Position numbers and translations under genes: made by a program. From NCBI GenBank assembly GCA_038496445.1, contig JALMLS010000381.1:2432-66431 (forward strand): 64,000 bases of DNA, read 5' to 3'. Of the stretch, positions 55,637 to 64,000 are shown in pieces. Numbering within the stretch: position 1 is the stretch's first letter; every line of letters starts with the position of its first letter. The notes beneath the pieces are model-generated. The model saw only the letters and a list, made by a program, of their open reading frames with translations, was not told the origin of the DNA and ran no database searches. This DNA comes from Trichosphaerium sp. ATCC 40318 (Eukaryota > Protista > Tubulinea).

Positions 55637-55919
55637 AGCTCTTGGTTGTTTTTTATAATTAGTAAGAGCAGCAGATTTGGAAAATGTTGCCTTAACCGAA
55701 ATCTTTGGCAAGTGGCTAGAAGTTGGTCGTCCGCTACAAAAATCTGTAGACAGAAAGGCAAGGTGGGAATTAAGTAGTAGACGGCTCGACCCAGTACGAC
55801 TTATTCGCTAAATCTAGATTGATCGCGTCTATTCCAGCAAAACCTATACGTTGCCGTATTTTAGCTCTTCGCAAGCAAAGTAATCGCTTGTATAAGTTCT
55901 TGGTCACAATTTCACGCCT

Positions 55920-56494
55920 AACGCTTCGACAGTACATCTCAAGGGTATCACAACAAGACTTTTGCTTTGTGGGGAGGCGTTCCAGTAAAAGGAGACGATG
56001 CGAATGTACCATTTATTTGCGCAGGTATCACGTTTTTTTAAGCAGTTACAAACGAGTTTTTAATTAGAAATAGTGAATGGGTAAGGGACCTTACTCTTTG
56101 TGGAATCCAAAACCTATTTTTCAAGGTTCAAATGGAGTAGAAGTTGTACCCATTGAAGATCCTTATATGTGGAAGGATAACCGTGGATACCATATGCTTG
56201 TACACGCTGAACGCAATACTCCATACGTAGGAGGGTAAGCTATTTGAATATAGATGAGTACAACAGTAATGTTATCAAACAAGGTATGGCTATTCTGAAG
56301 ATGCTTATAATTGGGTATACTCTCCAGCAGCATACGCTAGAAGTCACATTTGAAGGAGACTATTTTAGAAATACAAAAGACGTGAGCGACCACAAATATA
56401 TGTCGAGCAAGGGGAACCACCCTACCTTTTTAATGGTGTGGAATTACCTGATGCTGGTGCTGCATCTTATACTGCTGTACAGCAATTCAAATAA
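55920..56494 (+). pseudogene. Internally deleted, frameshifted five-bladed beta-propeller glycosidase (GH43/clan GH-J-like)
   Basis: WGGVPVKGDD/MYHLFA is joined directly to C-terminal IEDPYMWKDNRGYHMLVH, YSEDAYNW and RRERPQ...YLFNGV. At least three frameshifts. Confidence 0.7.
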
Positions 56495-57024
56495 ACTCAT
56501 TCTCATGCCACATCTACAATAGATTGCATTATTTACAGGCAGGCATAGAAGAGGAAAGCTAGTTGCTGGTAATTTCTGTTTGTTCGTTGAACTAGCATAT
56601 CAAACTATCACTTGTTGCCCAGTGCTGTTCAATGGTAATTACCATACTTACACGTGCTTTTGAAAAATGTAAATTGCAGCAGTTTTATCCAACAAGCAAA
56701 TGCTACGTATTTGTACTTTATTTTTTCTTTTTAATATATTTTCATTTTTGCGAATGCTATTGTAGAGCAGGTGTATTGTCGTGCATTGCTCTCTTTAGCT
56801 ATGTACGGTGGAGCAGGCTCTATATATCTTGTCTGATACAAATCATGGCTTATGTGATCTTTGCGAATATCTACAAAAAGAAACAAAGTTGAGACATCAA
56901 GTAGTGATGAACAGATATTTCAACCTTTACTTTACATAAACATGTAACAGAATTTTCAGTAGCCAATTACAACCAATAATACATGTTCAATTAAATTTTG
57001 ATTACTTCCTGATGAGTTCATCTC

Positions 57025-58454
57025 TTATTTCCCTATTCTTTGCTTAAGCATTCGGTTTAAAGATCCATCTTCATTCCATTCCTTGTACAGACCTTTCTCT
57101 AAACCATTGATAAACTCACATTCAACATGTTGCTGTCCATTTCTATGCCATTGTTTAAAAACACCATCCTTTTTACCATCATTAAATGTACAATGAATAT
57201 GGAGTTGTCCATTATCATAATACTGTTTGAAATCCCCGTTCCTTTCATCATCAGTGTAAATACACTCCAACTCAATCACACCATTCTCATGCCATTGCTT
57301 ACTCTCACCTAATTTTTTACCATTTACATACATACACTGCATAGTAAGTTGTCCATTCTCATACCACTGCTTAAACATACCATTTTCCTTACCATCAACA
57401 TACGTACTTTGTATTTGTAGTTGTCCATCCTCGTACCACTCTTTATACTCGCCATTCTCTTTACCATCAACAAACATACTCTGTATAATAATATTACCAT
57501 TTTCATACCATTCTCTATGCATACCATTTTCTTTACCACCAGAAAAAGTACACTGGATATTAAGTTGTCCATTGTCATACCATTCTTTGTACTCACCATC
57601 TATTTCACCACCAACATAAGTACACTCTATTCCTAGTGTACCATTATCATGCCATTGCTTGAAATGTCCATTTTCTTTGTTGTTAACATAAACAATTTGG
57701 ATACTAAGTTGTCCATTCTTATGCCATTCTTTGAATAATCCTTCTTTTTTATCATCAACAAACATCCACTTGCATTTAAGTTGTCCACTCTTAAACCACT
57801 TGAAATACTCTCCTTGTTTTTTACCATTAACAAACATACATTGACCAAGCAACTGTCCACATTCATAATACTGCTTGAACTCACCATGCTTCTTACCATC
57901 AACAAAAGTAAACTCAGTCCTCAGTTGACCACCCAAATACCAACTTCTATAATCACTATTTTCTTTACCATTTACATAAGTAAAGTTTCTCTTTAGTTGC
58001 CCATTCTTGAACCACTGTTTAAACTCACCATTTTATCATTAACATACATATACTCTGTCTCAAGCTGTCCGTCCTCACACCATTGTTTGAATTCACCATT
58101 TTTTCTCCCATTGGCATACATACACTGTATATTAATCTGTCCATTCTTATACCACGTCTTGTAATACCCATTCAACTTTCCATTGATAACATTGAATTGT
58201 TGCTCTATTTTTCCGTCTGGGAACCATTTTAACCAAATACCATTGGGTACAAGCTCATTATTGTAGTGAGTATTGATTGCAGCTCTTTTTGATAGCACGT
58301 GATACTTATTAAACACTTCTGCATTGAAAGTACGTAAATATACTTGAATATCACTTGGTAGGTCTAATATACTGCTACAAGTAGTATCTTGTACAAGACA
58401 TAGACCTCTCTTTGGCAGCACGTCAATTTCTGAGTTATCTAAGGTAACCATCAA
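57025..58454 (-). CDS. Intronless MORN-variant (YwqK-like) repeat protein with F-box-like N-terminus; frameshift at ~58032
   Basis: 24-aa repeats of YVNGKENGEYKEWYENGQLxIQC. ILDLPSDIQVYL near the N-terminus. The repeat continues across the two ORFs after a shift in a short A run. Confidence 0.8.
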
Positions 58455-59291
58455 TAAATTAGATTACAACATGAAAACAAACTAATCAACAAACGTTTCT
58501 AGCGCTATATTGGAGTTTTAGAGCATTAAAAAATACTCTCATTGCATGTAACAAGCTAGGTATACTACATATGCTCATCTCCGATGAGAACGGAAATGTA
58601 TAGCTGTGAAAAATATGATGCAAGGGTTTTTTCAAAAAGTGATTGGTTTCACACTTGTACAACATTGATGTGGTTTTTGTGTTAGGCCGTAAAAGGAGAT
58701 GATTTTTATAAGGCGAGGATGTCTTATCTAGGGTTGCTGGGAGATATGTAACGAAGATTTTGTACCGCTCACATAAAGGAAAAAAAAAAATCACGTGGAC
58801 TTACTAATTACGCGACTCGTTATATTTATCTCTTTTTACGGTCTAACAGTTGCGCTTATAAATAGACGGTTCATATTCATTTTGTTGTGGGTTTTCGTTA
58901 AAACTGAAGTAAAGTAATAGTGTGGTATTTGCGCGTATTAAATAGCGGTAACGATGTTTTTGCATTAAACGGAGTAAAAAACAATTGGTTATATGAGAAG
59001 CTCTTTTCTGCGATGTATTTAGTCTTTTGCGTACGTGAACTCATCTTTGTCGACTGAATTGCGTCTGATGGACTAATAAAGCCTATGTTGGTTAGTTTTA
59101 TAGTATTTTAAACAAATAATAAACTAGAGCATACCGCAGCTATACTGCCTTGTTTGTGCGAACTTCAATCTATTAACTAGAGGACACTACCTCCCCAATT
59201 TAGTTCAGGAGCTAAATGATTGTACTCTTGCGGAACAAATAAAAGTCAACGCAGGTAACTTCGTTAGTGTCAAAAAAATACAGTTAAAACG

Positions 59292-61378
59292 ATGATTCAC
59301 ACTTTCAGTTTAAAACGTGTTTCCTATGACGGCACTCTTGAACTTAGGTAAGAAGCAGATGAACCCATTTTAACCGTTTTTTTTTTAATGGTTACGTTGT
59401 TTTTGATGCCATCCCTTGTTCCGCGCGTTTATTGTCTTTAGCGAAGGAAAACACGTGATTGGGAGAAATAAACTTGGAGTCACATCCAAAACAGTATCGA
59501 GGAAAGTATTCGCGCTTATAGTTACTCCCTCAGACGTGACAATCTATGTTGAGGTACGTTCACAACAATAACGTACTTTTCTCCCTTGTTCTTTCTTTAC
59601 CTTGGATAAAGTAGAGCACAAGTGGTGATTGCGAATTAGTCTGTGTTTATTTTTTTTTTGTTGTTGTTGAGTGTTTTTTATCTACTGTGTAGCCTGAATC
59701 CAAAAACGATATGTTTATTCGTGGAGTAAAACTAGAGAAAGGAACCCAAGTGCGTGACTCCATCCATTAAAAACAAACATTATTAAAGTACTAACTTTTG
59801 TTTCGATAGCTCGTTGCTCCTTTAGATGAGTATATTCAAGTTGATTCCAAAGGATGCGGTACAACTTATGTAATCTCTATAGTATCTTCTGAGGCAGTTA
59901 AACCGCCTGAGCCGCCACCACCTGTGCCTCAACTGAAGTACTTGCGCCAACAAAAAAGTTTATAGTAAACTCTCTAACGAAGCGTTCTTAGACTTGTTGT
60001 GGCATCTGATTATACTGACATACCTGAACTACCAGCTCCTCAAAAGTACATTGATCTCATTGATACTTTACACTCTAAAAACAACGCAGAATTTTCGTAC
60101 AAAAAGAAAGAGCAGTAGAGTCAGAGGAAGACATTTTTGTTGATTCTCAAAAAGAAACTGACGCAGAAAACCAACCTGACTCGTACGTATACACGTCATA
60201 CAAAAACCTCCTCACTCCGGGTTTTCCAGGCAAGCTGAAACTCAAATTCATTCCCAAAACTTTCTTGATATAGACGAATTGCTTGGTATAACCAATGAAC
60301 ACCAACAAGTTGAAATAAAACAAGAACTTGAGGCAGTCACTAAAAATGTGGAAACGCCATCTAAAAAAAGAAAAAAACGCTATGCACGTGCTTCTTATAC
60401 AATGATATTTTTTTGAATGACGTGATTGCTTCCTTAGATTGAATACGAAGACCTTGAAAGCGACAATGACCTATCATACATGAACTATACTCCGAACCGT
60501 ACAAAGCCACAAGGGCATCCAAATGATGAACCAATAGATGTTGATGATTTTGAGCCCCAAAGGAAAAGAGATCCACCGAAAAAAACGGGTTCTATTCGGA
60601 AAACAAAGGCTACTGGGAAGAAAGTTAAACCGTCCTTCATTCCATATCAGTGCGCCAAGAAATCAGGTTACAGTCCAAAAAAAGGGTCGTTCAAGCGGGC
60701 ACTAGCAAGAGGAGGAATGACTGTCGTGGATTCAAACGAAAGTCCTTCATTGTCAGAAAGCTTTGACGGTGATAGCGCTGATTCATTTGTACCCATACAA
60801 CAACAAAACACACCAATTTCTCTATCCAACTCTGGTGCGGTTAAAAAAGATGTGGAAAAAAAAAGTCATTATGAAAGTACTAACCTACAACAACTAGAAA
60901 GTGAAGAGGAAGAAGACAAAGAATTTGATTTCGAAGATAATGAGATTTCTCAAAACAGCATTGGCAAGGTATATAAGCCCAAAGAACTTGAAAACGAGGA
61001 ATCTCTTAGAGATATATTAAGGGTAAACAAAACAAACAAAAGAAAGAAAAAACCAAGAAAAACCCTTTCCACGCACCACTGCAATTATCTATCGCTATTC
61101 TACAACTTACCTCTTCATATCTTATATTATTTTAGCATTACCATGAATTCATGAGCGAATCAAATTCTTCCTCAAATGAATCAAATGATGGAGATTTCGT
61201 TTTAGATTTCGAAGAAGATGATATCATTTTTCCTCCACGCAAAAAGTTTAGAGAGTGCAAGAACGAAGCAGTGAAAAAAGGATTCAGCCCACAAAAGAGA
61301 TTAGCGTATGTTATTCGCGAGAAAAGAAGGAAAAGCCAAAATACTAAACTTACCAACAACTGCCGAAGAGAGCACTAA
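59292..61378 (+). CDS. FHA-domain protein (PNKP/APTX/APLF-type FHA) with long acidic/basic disordered tail (3' end approximate)
   Basis: Spliced N-terminus LELSEGKHVIGRNKLGVTSKTVSRKVFALIV...SKNDMFIRGVKLEKG shows the GR, SR and N FHA motifs. Confidence 0.65.
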
Positions 61379-61534
61379 GGTTTAGAACTACAAAGAGAAC
61401 TGTTGCAAGCTTGATAATGGTAAGCATTTTGAATTACAAGAGCGCACAAGCACGTTTTCAATCACCACAAACCTGGTCAAAACAAAAAAAAACAAATGGC
61501 AGCCTGTTACAAAAGTTTTTCTTTTTTTTATTGT

Positions 61535-63067
61535 TTAATATGATACAAGACTACCAAGACCTAGTCCACCTGTTTCTTCTTCCTCTTCTTCTTTTTTCTT
61601 TACAACTGCACTTTTTTTCTTGATAATAAACTTTGGTTTCTTTGATTTCCTTTCAGGCTTCTTTCTGATAATGAAAGAATGTTTTTTTGGATATGAGCTC
61701 TCTTTTTTTGGATCTTCCATAATCGAAACAATTTCAGCTGCAGCTGCTTTTTTATCCTTAGGCATACGTGGTCCAGGTTTTTTAAAACCATCTTCACTTA
61801 GACGTTGCTTTTTTCTAGGCTTTAATAGTTCCTAAGAAGTAACGTAAGCCAAAAAGGAAACAGCATTGTGATGAGTAAAACATAAAAATAAAAAGCTTAT
61901 TTCTTTTTTTGTTTCCGAGTGTTTTTGTAAATTAAAACTCTCAAGCAAAATATGAATTGTCATTAATCAAGGACATGATAAATAATCCGCTCGAGTTTGA
62001 ACCATAATAATAGTTTTGATCACCAAAAAAAAAAAAAAAGAAAGAAATGTCACAAAAAAAATTTAAATGTTTGTTTTCTCTTCATGCTTACCGCTTCCCA
62101 ATTATCGTTATCAGAAACTCTTTTTTTCTTTGCTTGAGCTTGTAAGAAATTAGAGAATTTTGCAGATTCCTCTTCTGTTAAGCGGTCTGCCTCTTGAGCT
62201 TGTTTCATTAAATTTTCTTGAATGACAGCTTCAATATCGACATTTTCATTTCTTGCATTTTCTGTTCGTATCTCATCTAATGCATCAAGAATATCCATTT
62301 CTTGCTTAGAATCTATTTTATATTATTAATACACATTCAAAAAATAAAACAAAGAAACAAAGTCGCCTACAGAGGCGTACAAAACAGAATGAAAAGAAAA
62401 AAAATTAGTTCTTTACCTAATGTTTTTGTTTCCAACTTTGTCATTGCGTCTCCTTCTTCAACTTGTTTCTTATCATCTCTGTGTTCCTATTATATAACGT
62501 ATAAGTAAAGAGATGATACTCAGGTAACGTTAAAAGACTTCAGAAGGGCGTTAACTGATTAATTTGAACATACCTCCAATGCCTTTTCTTTTTTACGCCA
62601 TTCTTCGACTAGACGTTGTCCGCCGGCTTCTACAATATAATCTGAATTCTTTGGGTCGGTTCTAAGCGTTAGTTCGCTAGCACAACGCGTGCATTTTAAA
62701 TAAAAACGGTAAATCCTAATGCCAAGGTATTCTGCGCCTTCCACAGTTTCCTAGACGGTTTTAGAATATAATTAAAACGATTATTACCAATTTACCTTGC
62801 GAGCATTAAATTTACGTCCTCTACCCATATATTCGCACGTAAAACATCTAAATACTATGTAAACAAAATAATGGATTTCGCAATGCAATTTACCTTATAC
62901 TGAACGGTATCATAGTCCTGACTTTATATTGATCATTTTTCGGCTTATTACCTTTGTAAACATTTAATACTCTGATAATTACATCAAAAACGATTCATAC
63001 CGCGTGGTAATAACCTAGGGTCAAAGTCTGGTGGGTAATACTTGTTTAAAACCTTTCTCTCACCCAT
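61535..63067 (-). CDS. YJU2: Splicing factor YJU2/CWC16 (CCDC94)
   Basis: [57 protein letters not shown]...RTDPKNSDY, MDILDALDEIR and a terminal GLGSLVSY. Confidence 0.93.
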
Positions 63068-63269
63068 CTTGCAAAGTTGTTGGTGACACTGACGAGCCGC
63101 ACTTATTGCAACACCGGCTAAACTTAAAACCGGAATTTTATGTGCCCGGCGAAATTACAAACATTTTCTCTACACCCGGATTATTTTTGGCTCAGGAACA
63201 AGTTTCAAACAGTAAAGGAAGGTAATTCGTATTCGGATAAAAAGTTTTAAGCCTTTTATGAAACGTGAG

Positions 63270-64000
63270 ATGTCGGCGAACATTTAGCCGATTTGCGGAG
63301 TTCCTCGCTGGTCAGTTCATTTACTTTTAGGAACTTGTCGATGATACACACTTGCAAATAATGTTAGGAGTATGCACACCGTTCGGTATAATCGGGTATA
63401 CTGAGGATAAAGCTACAACACCTTCTACTATACCTACGACAACGTTCGAAGCCAGAGAAGTACCTCAAGTAGCTGCCTGCGAAAACGTGGAAGCGCATGA
63501 ACAGCCAACGTTTGAGAAACCTCTGGAAAGCCAATCAATAACCCTTGGGGCGTAGCTGAACTACTATTAACCCTGCATGACGCTCCAGATTGTTTTGTAA
63601 CGCATTTATATTACACAAAAGCTACACAGAGCGCAAACCGGTCTAAGCGAAGCCATCGTAGTAGCAGGTACGCCCACTGTCTAAAATTGTAATACCCAAA
63701 AACAATTTCCTTGATCGGGCAAATAAATGGGTTATTTCCCCAGTGACCCCATGTAGGTACCCTGGATATTACAAGGCACCTGTTAACACTTCAAGTGCTT
63801 CTAAACCAGGATATTCTTCACTATTTACTGGAGTACGTTAAAACAACTTCAAAACACTGTTTCCTTGGTTTGACAATAGTTTCCATAGTTTTGTGTAACG
63901 TTTTTAGTAATCTCGTTTTAAACCAGTTTGTTTTTTTTGTTTTTTCTTATTTTACGTCTCTACGACGCGTTAAATAATAAAACCGGATTCGTAAAGTTAT
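63270..64000 (+). other. Possible start of a divergently transcribed gene, with an F-box-like fragment at ~63795; truncated by window or degenerate
   Basis: Short ORFs with splice-like signals. LLNQDILHYLLEYV resembles an F-box. Confidence 0.25.

Noticed and set aside
57025-58454. Toxin-antitoxin system (YwqK antitoxin)
   Set aside because: Only the generic MORN-variant repeat is shared. There is no adjacent toxin and the context is eukaryotic.
62024-62040. Poly-A tracts as retroelement tails
   Set aside because: A/T homopolymers are common in introns throughout the window, with no TSD or reverse-transcriptase remnant.
1-64000. Prokaryotic systems (CRISPR array, operon, prophage)
   Set aside because: No repeat-spacer periodicity is present. 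The genes are eukaryotic and intron-rich.
1-64000. Alternative genetic code explaining the short ORFs
   Set aside because: Stops fall in introns. Conserved genes translate with the standard code once spliced and end in TAA, TAG or TGA.

Overview
AT-rich, gene-dense nuclear DNA from a eukaryote, probably a protist; the taxon cannot be determined from this window. Genes are split by many short (~40-150 nt) spliceosomal introns, so the ORF track shows only exon fragments and all models below were spliced by eye. Recognisable genes are a CDK11-like kinase, a GH2 glycosidase with an inserted ricin-B domain, a TMEM94 homologue head-to-head with an intron-containing CobT, an atypical Rho GTPase, a cAMP-receptor-like GPCR, FOXRED2, a sialate O-acetylesterase, an FHA protein and YJU2/CWC16. 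There are also several F-box/repeat proteins (NHL, LRR, MORN-variant), three tandem divergent HSF-like genes, and a large degenerate DUF294-NTase/kinase-like/LRR/WD40 gene. The most unusual signal is the palindrome CACGTG. It occurs about 60 times by eye against about 6 expected, often inside introns. At least seven introns need a non-canonical GC donor, and each of those donors is exactly G+CACGTG. A TTCGAA-rich inverted/direct repeat element family, several isolated frameshifts and pseudogene relics are also present.
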